Source of the DNA: Macrostomum hystrix
Taxonomy: Eukaryota; Animalia; Platyhelminthes
NCBI GenBank assembly: GCA_950097015.1
Contig: CATNEN010000038.1
Location: 1,426,001-1,490,000 of the forward strand
Reading direction: 5' to 3'
DNA length: 64,000 bases
In this document: positions 13,334 through 25,760 of the stretch, in pieces
Layout: each line of letters starts with the position of its first letter
How positions within the stretch are numbered: the stretch's first letter is position 1
Translations under genes and position numbers: made by a program
The notes under the pieces: generated by a model
Told to the model about the DNA's origin: nothing
What the model saw: only the letters and a program-made list of their open reading frames with translations
Database searches by the model: none

Positions 13334-14257
13334 ATGGCTCTTATCAGAGAGTTCCTCCTCACAATTCTGCTCCTGGCCGGTGCGGCTCTCGCCAAATCTG
13401 CCGACGACTCCGACGACCAGCTGGAAAAGCCGAAGTACACAGTCACCGAGGAGGTCTGGTTCGAGGTGGAGATCAAGGATCTGGACGGCCCCGGCGACGA
13501 CTTCACCGGCCGGTTCACCGTCGGCGTCTTTGGGGAGGACGCTCCGGCCACCAGCATGAACTTTGCGGCCCTGGCCAGGGGCTGGAAGTCGGCCAAGGGC
13601 GACGTGCTGCACTACAAGAACACGCCGGTGCATCGCATTGTGCCAGACTTCGTCGTCCAGATGGGCGATGTGGCGCGCAAAGACGGCACCGGCGGAGCCA
13701 GCATCTTCGGCAAGGCATTCAACGACGAGCCGTTCATCCTGTCGCATCGGAGCGCCGGCTGGGTGGCCATGGCCAACCACGGCCCGGACACGAACGGCTC
13801 CCAGTTCTACATCACCCTGACAAAGGCTCGCTGGCTGGACAAGTGAGACAATTTTAGATTCATTTGCTACTACTACTACTAGCCCAATAATCAAGTAGTG
13901 TGGGTAGTAGATAGGTGCTGTTTAGTCGATAGACTGAATCGCTGTACACAGCTTGGTGATTCACTGCCCAATAGCTGTACCAACTATCGGAACCAACTGG
14001 GTTAGGTCTAATTCCCATCAGTGAGTTTACAATTTACAACTTCCGCGTGCCGCAGGCATCACGTGGTCTTCGGCAAGGTCGTCCGCGGCTTCGACGTGGT
14101 CAACACCATCGGCGAGGTGCCGACGAACCCGGAGAACGCCCAGCCAAAGAAGCGAGTCCGCATCCTGGACTGCGGCGTCGTCGGACTCAAGAAGTCCTAC
14201 ACGCTGACGAAAGCTGAGCTGGACTCAACCACCGACCTGGTCAAGTCGGAGCTGTGA
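13334..14257 (+). CDS. PPIB: ER/secretory cyclophilin (PPIB/PPIC-like peptidyl-prolyl isomerase, ~236 aa)
   Basis: Exons 13334-13842 and 14056-14257. Signal peptide, then HRIVPDFVVQMGD, GTGGASIFG, MANHGPDTNGSQFYIT and WLDKHHVVFGKV. Ends in KSEL (KDEL-like). Confidence 0.9.
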
Positions 14258-14570
14258 GACATTGCCGGTCGCAAACTGAGCAACTGGGATTCCTAGAAAT
14301 CATAACTACTCAGCCCATTTATGAGTCAAAAGTTTTAAAACAAGAATATAGCGTTTAGAGTATGGCTTATAGCTCAAGCGATATTTCTTGTACTTGAGGG
14401 ATAAATATACGAGCTACATGCAAAACTCATTGCTAGAACCGCAGTTTTAAAATTAGGATTGAAATTAGGTTTGAAATGAAATAAGACAGGTGAAATTAAT
14501 GACTTAATGAGCGAGTTTTTTTCACGTGAATTTCGACTTCTCAAACTGAATAGAAATAATTGATCCTAAA

Positions 14571-15902
14571 TCAGTCCTGTAGTATCTGAATGCATCAGTC
14601 CTGAAGTATCTGAATGGGTCAGTCCTGAAGTATCTGAATAGGTCAGTCCTGAAGTATCTGAATGGGCCAGGCCTGAAGTATCTGAATAGGTCAGTCCTGA
14701 AGTATCTGAATGGGCCAGGCCTGAAGTATCTGAATGGGCCAGGCCTATAGTATCTGAATGGGCCAGTCCTGAAGTATCTGAATGCATCAGTCCTGAGGTA
14801 TCTGAATGCATCAGTCCTGTAGTATCTGAATGCATCAGTCCTGAAGAATCTGAATGCATCAGTCCTGAAGTATCTGAATGCATCAGTCCTGAAGTATCTG
14901 AATGCATCAGTCCTGAAGTATCTGAATGGGTCAGTCCTGAAGTATCTGAATAGGTCAGTCCTGAAGTATCTGAATGGGCCAGGCCTGAAGTATCTGAATA
15001 GGTCAGTCCTGAAGTATCTGAATGGGCCAGGCCTGAAGTATCTGAATGGGCCAGGCCTATAGTATCTGAATGGGCCAGTCCTGAAGTATCTGAATGCATC
15101 AGTCCTGAGGTATCTGAATGCATCAGTCCTGTAGTATCTGAATGCATCAGTCCTGAAGAATCTGAATGCATCAGTCCTGAAGTATCTGAATGCATCAGTC
15201 CTGAAGTATCTGAATGCATCAGTCCTGAAGTATCTGAATGCATCAGTCCTGAAGTATCTGAATGCATCAGTCCTGAAGTATTTGAATGCATCAGTCCTGA
15301 AGTATCTGAATGCATCAGTCCTGAAGTATCTGAATGCATCAGTCCTGTAGTATCTGAATGCATCAGTCCTGTAGTATCTGAATGCATCAGTCCTGAAGTA
15401 TCTGAATGCATCAGTCCTGAAGTATCTGAATGCATCAGTCCTGAAGTATCTGAATAGGTCAGTCCTGAAGTATCTGAATGCATCAGTCCTGAAGTATCTG
15501 AATGCATCAGTCCTGAAGTATCTGAATGCATCAGTCCTGAAGTATCTGAATGCATCAGTCCTGAAGTATCTGAATGGGTCAGTCCTGTAGTATCTGAATG
15601 CATCAGTCCTGAAGTATCTGAATGCATCAGTCCTGAAGTATCTGAATGGGTCAGTCCTGAAGTATCTGAATAGGTCAGTCCTGAAGTATCTGAATGGGCC
15701 AGGCCTGAAGTATCTGAATAGGTCAGTCCTGAAGTATCTGAATGGGCCAGGCCTGAAGTATCTGAATGGGCCAGGCCTATAGTATCTGAATGGGCCAGTC
15801 CTGAAGTATCTGAATGGGTCAGTCCTGAAGTATCTGAATGGGCCAGGCCTGAAGTATCTGGATGCATCAGTCCTGAAGTATCTGAATGCATCAGTCCTGA
15901 AG
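14571..15902. repeat. 24-bp minisatellite (CAGTCCTGAAGTATCTGAATGCAT) with higher-order structure
   Basis: About 55 copies between the cyclophilin and bestrophin B 3' ends. Confidence 0.97.
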
Positions 15903-16506
15903 GACCTTAAAAGCGCATTTAATAACAAAATGGAAGTAAAAAAGAAAAAGGGCACCTTGTTGAGAACCGTTGGCAGTTGTGATAAAAAATCTTTTTTATT
16001 TCTCTCTTATTTTTGTATTATTGTTCGCATTAGACGATTACTAAATACTAAATTTCCCTAATTATTGTATAGAAGAAAACGTCTTAAAGTTATACTAGTT
16101 ATACTATGAGATTCTACGGAAAAAAATTAAACACAACAGAGAACGAAGGACAGATTTGATTTGTAAAATTAAAATCAATACTTAAAAGCAGAAACATGAT
16201 AATGAACAAAAAATTCACATGCACCTGCACACGCATACTACTAACTGTTCAGCTGTTCAGTAGTGCTGACGCGAATTCGCAATGTGTTATTTGTTGTTTT
16301 ACAAAGTTGACAAGCTTTAAATATACTATACAAAATGTTTAGGGGCTATAAAAAACTGTGGGGATAAGAGAGAGGGGAGAAGAGGAGAATAATGCAATGT
16401 CAGGAGGGATGGGGAGAGGCAAGTGGGAAAGAACTGTAGCAGCCCGGAGATAAGGGAAAGAGGAAAAGATACCCAGAAATCCCAGACAAAAAGAGAAGCT
16501 GCGGCG

Positions 16507-19500
16507 TCAGTGCGGCGTGTACGACCCGCCCCTCTTGAAGTTGATGGACGAGACGGTCTCGTCAATCTTGTCGGCGACAGCCGACAGCAACTGCTTCTGC
16601 CTGGACTTCAGCGCAGCAGCGTGCAGTTGAAAGCCGCCGAAGCCGCCTAGCGAGGATGTGGAGGCCTGCACGGTGACATTCTCGGAGCCGCCGGCGCTGC
16701 CGCCAACACTCGGCAGGTTGTTGTGGCTCCGTTTCTTACGGAAGGAGTTGCGCTCGGATGCTGACTCGGGGCCTGCGGACAGGGTGCCCGCTGAGGCGCT
16801 GCCGCTGCCGCCTTTGCCGCCGTTGCCGTGCTTGGCCTGCGCGGCGGCGGCCTTCTCGGCCCGGTTCCGCTGCTGCAGCCGTTTGAGCAGGGCCCGGTTG
16901 AGCTGCCGCTCGGTGTGCTCGGGGCTGGCAAATTTGTCGTGCGCGTGCACGCCGCTGAAGTTGAAGCAGGCGAGAAACTCGGCCACCTGAAGAGGACAGA
17001 CTAAGCTCGTTCATTTGGGGATTTTTGGGATTAGGGGGCGAGTGGTGGAGCGGTCTAAAGCGTTTTCCTCACGCACCAAGGTCCTGAGCTCGATTCCACG
17101 GCGATTTGGGGCGCAGCCACAGAGAGAAGGCTGGAGGCTTGTCGTGCAATTTACACCCTTGAGGGCCAAGCTTTAAGGCACTTGTGGTAAGAGCGTCGGA
17201 CGACTTGAAGGTCGGGGGTTCGATTCCCGACTAAACTCCTTAAGCAAGACGCTTAACTCTGAATTGCTTTAGCTCACCCAGCTATTCCATTTGTTCCGTT
17301 CGGGTGCAGCACAAAAAATTGTCAGGGAGGGAGAATTCGCCCCTTCTTGGCAGTTCTACTGCTAAGGCAAGCCCTTAACACATGCCTAAACAATAAGCAA
17401 TATCATATTCTTTTACTAGTCGTTTCAGACCCGTTTTTTCCGACACCTAAAGTATTCTGAAGAGCTATCGGCTTGGAGGATATCTGGGTGGGATAATTTT
17501 CCCACTCACCTGGGCCTCCTCAGCCTCGCCGCTATCTGCCAGGCCGCGCGGGAAGATGCTGTCCTCAGCCCCGCCCATCTTGATGGCCACCTTGAGGTTG
17601 GAGTTGAGGATATCCGACATTGGGATGTCGGCCTGGTCCTTGCCCATGGGATTCAGTAGGCACATTCCGATCTTGAACCAGCCTGACCAAAAGCGATCGA
17701 TCGATATTTTAGTGATCTAAGAGAGGAATTCAACTGTTTGAAATCTAGAATTAAAAAGGCCTTAACAATTTAGGGATCTAATTAAAATTAGGGATAATTT
17801 TGGGATCCATAAAAGGGATACTTCAGGAATCTATGATAGATATAACTTAGGGATCTAGAATAGAGATACTTCAAAGATCTAGAATGGGGATAATTAAGGG
17901 ATCTAGAAAACGGATAATAAAGGTATCTAAAATGGCTAATGTAAAGATCTAGAAGAGGATAGAGTACATAAAAGGGATAATTTAATGATCTAGAATAGGG
18001 ATCATTTAGGGATCTAGAAGGTGGACAATTTGGGGATCTAGAAAATAAGAACTAAGGGACCTATGGACACAGGGAATTAATGATCTATCACGAGGATAAT
18101 GATTCTCACCCAGATAAAAGATGAATTCCAAGCCACCAAGCACAGGTATGAAGCCAAGCACCTGCTGCCCGGTATTTCTCTGGAAGGTACCATTCACTGA
18201 AAAGCTAGCCGTGCTGCCCTGTACAATGTCGGAGTCCATGAGCTGGGTGGACACAATGGTGGATGCCAGGTATAAATAAACTGCCGTCACAGCCACCTGG
18301 GTGTACACAAGCGGTATGTTGAACTCAGAGTACATCCACACGGTGCCGAGATCGGAGCGAAAATTTTGCACCTGCTCCATCAGCCACAGGCAGTGCCGCT
18401 CGTCCGATATGCAGTCTGTGCGGCAAAATTAGCTGGGATTGCTAGGCGACTTGAGTTTGAAAAATCTTATTTCAAACTTTTCATATTTATTTCAACAGCC
18501 CAAGTGTGTGGCTTAATCCCAAATCCCTAGATAGGAAATCCCCACCCCAGATCCAGAGGTAAAAATCCAAACTCCAGATCCTGATCTCAAATCCCAGCCC
18601 CAGATCCTGATCTCAAATCCCAGCCCCAGATCCTGATCTCAAATCCCAGCCCCAGATCCTGATCTCAAATCCCAGCCCGAGATCCTGATCTCAAATCCCA
18701 ACCCCAGATCCTGATCTCAAATCCCAGCCCCAGATCCTGATCTCAAATCCCAGCCCCAGATCCTGATCTCAAATCCCAGCCCCAGATCCTGATCTCAAAT
18801 CCCAGCCCCAGATCCTGATCACAAATCCCAGCCCCAGATCCTGATCTCAAATCCCAGCCCCAGATCCTGATCTCAAATCCCAGCCCCAGATCCTGATCTC
18901 AAATCCCAGCCCCAGATCCTGATCTCAAATCCCAGCCCCAGATCCTGATCTCAGATCCCAACTCCAGATCCTGATCTCAAATCCCAACCCCAGATCCTGA
19001 TCTCAAATCCCAACCCCTGATCCTGATCTCAAATCCTAATTCCCGATCCTGATCTCAAATACCTGCCCCAGATCCTGATCTCAGATCCCAACTCCAGATC
19101 CTGATCTCAGATCCCAACCCCAGATCCCGATCTCAGATCCCTGCCCCAGATCCTGATCTCAAATCCCAACTCCAGATCCTGATCTCAGATCCCAGCCCCA
19201 GATCCTGACCTTGAATTCTTACCCCAGATCCTGATCTCAAATCCCAACCCCAGATCCTGATCTCAGATCCCAGCCCCAGATCCTGACCTTGAATTCTTAC
19301 CCCAGAGCCTGATGTCAAATCCCAGCCTCAGATCCCTAATACCGAATCCCAGCCCCGAGACTAACAATCAAAGTTCCGCGCGCAATCTCACTCAAATTCC
19401 TGGCCCTTCTAATCAGGCGGGTGGCCCACACAAGCGGCAGCCAGTACTCCGGATCGTACGAGTGTTTGTTGTCGTTGGACAATTGCGCGGATCGGCCAAA

Positions 19501-20418
19501 CGCTTTGACTTCATTGTCCGTCACCAATTTACCAAAGTACTTTTGAACTTTACTGTCCGAATTTATCATGTTTAGCCGACGCTTCCAGGTGAGCTTATAC
19601 TTTAAGTTTTTATTCGGCTGCCAGTAGCCGAAGCGCTCCTTGATGTGCAGCGACACGCCGGCCATCATGAGGATCCAGGACAGGTTCAGGTACCTCAGCA
19701 CAGTGATCCGCAGCTTCCTGGCCAGATCGCTGCGACTTGTCTTCGGACTGTCCAGCAGGGCTTGGCAATAGAATGAGGGCGTCTGAAGCCATGGTATGCA
19801 CATGCAGACAGACCACCAGCTGTTGGGTTTGAGATGGGATAAGGGCAATCACTTACACCTTTTTTTGTAGCTTTGATAGCTGCTACTTGGTCAATTATAT
19901 ACATGCTATCTACCTGTGCCAGTGCTGGTTGGGCAATTAACACGTCTGTTAAAATCAGATAATTACACTGGTTATCTACCTGTACTAGTTAGGAAATTAT
20001 AACTTTAATCTACCTGTGCATTTTGGGCAATTATAATTCTTATCTACCCTGCATGTTTGAAAATTATACAACTTGATAAACAGCTTCTATTGTAGACTCA
20101 TCCCATACATGACAAATTTTCAAGTGCTCATCCTCACCGTTCAACTACGGTAGACACGAAGAAGCCAAGCATAAACGACAGTGGCACTGATGTACTGACA
20201 GTCTTCAGCCAGCTGACAGTGACCTCAAATGTAGTCTTCATGCTCGGATCTTTGTATAGAACTATCTGATACAGTGCAGCCAACGAGACGTAGATGGTAA
20301 TGAACACCAGGAAGTCCAGCCACAACAATTGCCACACGCTGCCAGACCATCGGAACAGGAGCTTGATGAAGAACAGTCTGTCCTGCGTGTAGATCTTTGA
20401 GGCATAGCTAATAGCCAT
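16507..20418 (-). CDS. Bestrophin family anion channel, paralog B (~555 aa)
   Basis: Exons 20418-20138, 19819-19392, 18415-18110, 17682-17510 and 16986-16507. Same intron positions and phases and same motifs as paralog A. Confidence 0.93.
17034..17395 (+). mobile_element. Two adjacent tRNA-derived SINEs (family A head followed by family B) in bestrophin B intron 4
   Basis: First part has A-box-like gtggtggagcggt and B-box-like gctcgattcc. Second part (from ~17180) has gagcgtcggac..gggttcgattcccgact..ttgctttagctcacccagcta, shared with the copies at 35060, 55310 and 63700. Confidence 0.75.
18570..19335. repeat. 26-bp minisatellite (CAGATCCTGATCTCAAATCCCAGCCC)
   Basis: Bestrophin B intron 2. 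Confidence 0.95.
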
Positions 20419-21075
20419 GGGTCCTGTCGTTTGAGTCCTGTTTTAATCTAGCTTTGAAAGCCGAGGCAGAGCAATATATAGTTGCCACACTTCGCACCTG
20501 ACAAACTGAGCTCATTCCAGATTCAACAACAGCACAATAACCTAAAAACTGCTGTTGTGCTGAGCCTATTTACCCTAAAATACAGAGCTTGGCCTTACAA
20601 CTGTGTGGAAGGTCACAGGGAAATTTCCACTGAGCTCTGGAATTGTCAGTCCTGCGCGCGGGGTAGAATGGGGGTGGTGGGGCTGAAATGTACACACGGA
20701 CGACACTGTACAGTGGGGCAAATAAGGCGAAAGTATATTTATATCTTGCAAACACAAAGCAATAGAAAAACGAGTAACAATGTGCTTTTTTAATGAATTC
20801 TTGCAAGAAGCTTAATTTCTTCAAAGACTTCATAATGTAGTTTTGATTCTAGGAAATGCATGCGTAGATGTGTGCTGTGTTATGATTTTGTGTTGTGTCA
20901 TATTAGCTGCTAATAAATTGTTATATAAAGAATGACCAGACTAGAGTATATAATCTGTTTAATTATTTATCAACCTGGAGTGAGCATTTTTATTTGAGAG
21001 TAATAAAAGCCATACTAAATTTAAAAACAATAGTACAGTAAATCAGTAGTACTAATACGTGAGTATACTTTACGT

Positions 21076-21654
21076 CAGGGGTGGGCAAACTTATTTGCTG
21101 GCGGGCCAAAGAGAGAGCCTAAAAGACGACAGCGGGCCGCATTGACTGTATAAATATGAGATAGGGGAGAGATGAGACACAGGAAAGATGGGACACGAGA
21201 GAGATGAGACACGGGAGAGATAAGACAGGGAAGAGATTAGACACGGGAGAGATTAGACACGGGAGAGATTAGACAGGGAAGAGATTAGACACGGGAGAGA
21301 TTAGACACGGGAGAGATTAGACAGGGAAGAGATTAGACACGGGAGAAATTAGACACGGGAGAGACTAGACACGGGAGAGATTAGATACGAGAGCGATGAG
21401 ACACGGGAGAGATTAGACACGGGAGAGATAAGACAGGGAAGAGATTAGATACGAAAGCGATGAGACACGGGAGAGATTAGACACGGGAGAGATAAGACAG
21501 GGAAGAGATTAGATACGAGAGCGATGAGACACGGGAGATATTAGACACGAGAGAGATGAAACAGGACATGTCAGATGTCAGAAGGGGCAACGGGCCGGAT
21601 TTGGGAGCTTCGAGGGCCGCATCTGGCCCGCGGGCCGGAGTTTGCCCACCCCTG
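21076..21654. mobile_element. Non-autonomous hAT (Charlie-like) DNA transposon with internal 16-bp minisatellite
   Basis: 16-bp perfect TIRs CAGGGGTGGGCAAACT/AGTTTGCCCACCCCTG, 8-bp TSD CTTTACGT (21068-21075 and 21655-21662), and subterminal GGGCCG repeats. Confidence 0.92.
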
Positions 21655-22375
21655 CTTTACGTGTTAGTAATTGCGTCTCTGGCGCCTTCTCATACTACTT
21701 GACCGAAGTAGACAGAATAGTTTTCGTACACATAAATAAAATATGATATATGAATAGGAATACGAAATTCCTATGCATTAGTGAAAACGGTAGGTGAAAT
21801 TCTATGAATTCAAATTAGCATTATTAAGCCTGTTTGGCCTATGGCGCGCCAAGAGAAAATCAATGCAACTTCAACATGCAAATTTTCATTTTCACCGTTT
21901 CTCTCCTGTCGCTCTAATGATCGTGTTTTCGCACCTTGCAGTCGAATTCTATCTAGAAGCATTACCTGGAACTGAAAGACTAAGTTTGCTTTGGTTTGGT
22001 TAAACTTTGATTTAATTAACTGTTTCGTTAATTCCGGTTTCTTGTGAGCTTGCAGTTCGTAGCAGTTCAGAGTGCAGTTTGGCAGAATGTGGGCGCCGGT
22101 GTTTGTGTAGCTGATGTACATTTAGTTAGAGGCAAGGAATTTAGGGCCTCGCCAGTCAATGTACATTACTTAGGCCCACGTCGGGGTAGAGGGGTTAGAG
22201 GGTTAACAGCGAAGAGAAAGAATGAGGGACCTTGCTAAAATGTTCAACTTGATTATTGTACACCCCTTGTCTCTCTGTCCACGCTCACTTATTAAAAAAC
22301 TGCCAGTTGAGTGAAGGAGTCTTTCACAAATAGTGTTGTTGTTGAGTAAGCAGTAAGCAGTAGTCCAATTGAGCC

Positions 22376-24777
22376 ATGGATTACGAATATCCAGCTAGGA
22401 AGAAGGCTCACCCAGACAAAATTGGGAAGAAGAGACGGTATAAACGCCTGCTATTCAAGAATGGCGATCCGAACATCACCCAGTGCTCGGTGAAGGACAG
22501 GCGCAGGCGCTACCTGGCAGACTTTTTCACTACTATAATCGACTCGAAGTGGACTTACGCTGTTCTCCTATTTGTAGCCGTGTTTGTTCTCAGCTGGCTC
22601 ATTGGCGGCTTGGTGTGGCTACTCGTGGCCTTCAGCCGGCAGGACACGGAGACCGGCAAGACTAACGAAGACCGCTGCGTCTATGGCGTCAGCAGCTTCG
22701 TCTCCGCGTTCCTATTCTCGCTGGAGACGCAGCACACTATCGGCTATGGCACTCCTAGGTATCCGAATTCCTTTTGCCCCGAGGTGTCGCTATTTGTTAT
22801 GCTGCAGTCAGTTGTCGGCGTGCTTATTCAGGTACGGATTCTTAAATTCAAATCATAGGTCTGGTGCCTCAGGAGCCTAAAGGATTAAGGATTATCTACT
22901 GGGGGATAGCCCTACAAAGGGGACAGCTACGGATATATACAGTTACGGATTACACTGTAAGATTTGGGATTCCGCTGAAAGATTAGGGATTTCACTAGAA
23001 GGATTAGGGATTTCACTAGTAGGATTTGGGATTTCACTAGAAGGATTAGGGATTTCACTAGCAGGATTTGGGATTTTACTAGCAGGATTTGGGATTTCAC
23101 TAGCAGGATTTGGGATTTTACTAGAAGGATTAGGGATTTCACTAGCAGGATTTGGGATTTCACTAGAAGGATTAGGGATTTCACTAGCAGGATTTGGGAT
23201 TTCACTAGAAGGATTAGGGATTTCACTAGAAGGATTAGGCATTTCACTAGAAGGATTAGGGATTTCACTAGCAGGATTTGGGATTTCACTAGAAGGATTA
23301 GGGATTTCACTAGAAGGATTAGGCATTTCACTAGCAGGATTAGGGATTTCACTGGCAGGATTTGGGATTTCACTAGAAGGATTAGGGATTTCACTAGAAG
23401 GATTAGGCATTTCACTAGAAGGATTAGGCATTTCACTAGAAGGATTAGGGATTTTACTAGAAGGATTAGGGATTTTACTAGAAGGATTAGGGATTTCACT
23501 AGAAGGATTAGGCATTTTACTAGAAGGATTAGGGATTTTACTAGAAGGATTAGGGATTTCACTAGAAGGATTAGGCATTTTACTAGAAGGATTAGGCATT
23601 TTACTAGAAGGATTAGGGATTTTACTAGAAGGATTAGGGATTCCACCTGAAGGATTAGGGATTTCACTGAAAGAATTAGGGATTCCACCTGAAGGATTAT
23701 GGATTTTACTGAAATAATTAGGGATTCTACTGAAGAATTTAGGACTCTTAAAGGTTCCTGAAGCACTGAAGGATTTAAATTTCCACTGAATGATTTCGTG
23801 ACTCCACTAAACGATTCAGGAACTTTATTGCTTCTGGACGATTCAGGATTCGGCTCACTTCTACTGACGAATTTTGGGATTCCAGACTTTTTAAAGGATT
23901 CCAGGGGGTTTAGTGATTCTGTACTGGAAGATTTAGGGATTCTAAATTGAGGATTTCTCGGATTCTTAAGCTAGCAGAGGAATTAGGGATTTAGCAATTC
24001 CTACAAAAAAGGATTTGGATTCCAATTCCACTGATGGATTTCGCCGGTAACTCCTCACCGCAGGCCTTTATGACGGGCTTCATCTTCTCCAAGCTGACGA
24101 GGCCGGGCAAGCGCGCTGGCGCCATCATGTTCAGCCGCGAGGCCCTGATCTCCAGGCGGGACAATCACCTGGTGCTGCTGATTCGCGTGGGCGACATGCG
24201 TCGCTCCCAGATGATGGAGGCCAGCATCCGCGGCACGCTGGTTCGCAAGCGCATCACCAGGGAGAATGAAATCCTGCCGCTGGAACAATTCCCTGTTGAC
24301 TTCGGCGGCTCCTCAGGCAAGGACAGGCTGTTCCTGCCCTTCCCGGCCATTGTTGAGCACAGAATCGATGCCAGCTCGCCATTCTGGGAAATCTCGGCCA
24401 GCGACCTTCAGCACGAGCAGTTCGAGCTGGTTGTGGCTCTGGCTGGCGTGGCCGAGTCCACGGGCAGCGCCACGGAGGCGCGCACCTCCTACCTGCCCTC
24501 CGAGATTCGCTGGGGTCACAACTTCGAGCGCCTGGTGACCTATCAGAAGGAGAACGGGCGCTACCAGATTGACTTCAACAAGTTCAATTCCTCGAGGCCC
24601 GTGCCGCAATTTCCTAGGATTTCAGCTAGCCAGGCGGCCGCCGAGGCAGCGGCAGCTCAGCTGGGGCCGCGGCTGCCGCAGCACCGCCCCTTTGGCGGCT
24701 CCCTGTACCACTCGCGCATCGCTGCCATCGACGAGACGCAGTCTGTGCCAGAAGAGGAGCTCGATACCACTGTGTAG
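22376..24777 (+). CDS. Inward-rectifier potassium channel (Kir/KCNJ family, ~389 aa)
   Basis: Exons 22376-22831 and 24064-24777. Motifs: RYLADFFTTIIDSKW, SAFLFSLETQHTIGYG, CPE, FSREALI, RVGDMRRS, EARTSYLPSEIRWGHNF. C-terminal PDZ-like TTV. Confidence 0.95.
22965..23750. repeat. 21-bp minisatellite (GGGATTTCACTAGAAGGATTA), degenerating 3'-ward
   Basis: Kir intron. Confidence 0.95.
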
Positions 24778-25200
24778 AATTTCTTATTTTGGCCTCTAAA
24801 ATCGCGGTTCTCCGAAATCCGAAAATCTTCGATATCGTAAATCGAACTTCTGCTTCTCTGCATGTTTTAGCATCAGCTCCGGAGTGAGCAAGTGCTCATA
24901 TTTTAGTCTCTGGTACAGCTCATTCATTACTTTTAAACAATCGTTGCTATTATGTTCGGGTCTCATACAATGATGTTTTATGTGTTCTAAGAGCTAGTAG
25001 GTTTTAATGCGCAAAGTATTTTTGTACATACAAACGTCCAGATTATATAATTAAACAACTTTTACTGGTGTTTGAAATTAATTAGCGAACACTAATAAAT
25101 GAATAATGCTACACAGAGTTATTGCTAATCTAACTCTTAAAATTTTTAATTCATGCCTACGACAGATCGGTCCCAACGGGACAAACACAATTTGGGCTAT

Positions 25201-25760
25201 GGCAGATCGATATAAATGGGGTGGGTGTGGACTGTAGAAAATTCAAGCCTATCTGAATTTCACGCGAACTGCAGGGCTAGATAATTTGGTCTAAGGCAGA
25301 TCAATATAAATGGGGTGGGTGTGGACTGTAGAAAATTCAAGCCTATCTGAATTTCACGCGAACTGCAGGGCTAGATAATTTGGTCTAAGGCAGATCAATA
25401 TAAATGGGGTGGGTGTGGACTGTAGAAAATTCAAGCCTATCTGAATTTCACGCGAACTGCAGGGCTAGATAATTTGCTCTAAGGCAGATCAATATAAATG
25501 GGGTGGGTGTGGACTGTAGAAAATTCAAGCCTATCTGAATTTCACGCGAACTGCAGGGCTAGATAATTTGCTCTAAGGCAGATCAATATAAATGGGGTGG
25601 GTGTGGACTGTAGAAAATTCAAGCCTATCTGAATTTCACGCGAACTGCAGGGCTAGATAATTTGCTCTAAGGCAGATCAATATAAATGGGGTGGGTGTGA
25701 CTGCAGATAATTCAAGCCCATCTTAATTTGACGCGAACTGCAAGACCAGATAAGTGAATT
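25201..25760. repeat. 94-bp tandem repeat, ~6 copies
   Basis: Units start at 25201, 25295, 25389, 25483, 25577 and 25671 (GGCAGATC..). Confidence 0.95.

Noticed and set aside
14522-15955. 477-aa ORF with hydrophobic start and FRYFR repeats resembling a neuropeptide precursor
   Set aside because: It is a read-through of a 24-bp minisatellite that is open in more than one frame. It has a GTG start and no Gly-basic amidation or dibasic sites.
22927-23766. Long repetitive ORFs here and at 151-549, 580-1482, 27050-27830, 29574-30250, 32235-32939, 33602-34760, 35819-36250, 41007-41898, 43067-44126, 49432-50061 and 51778-53411
   Set aside because: All coincide with tandem arrays, mostly inside introns defined by phase-consistent splice sites. 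They are not protein-coding.
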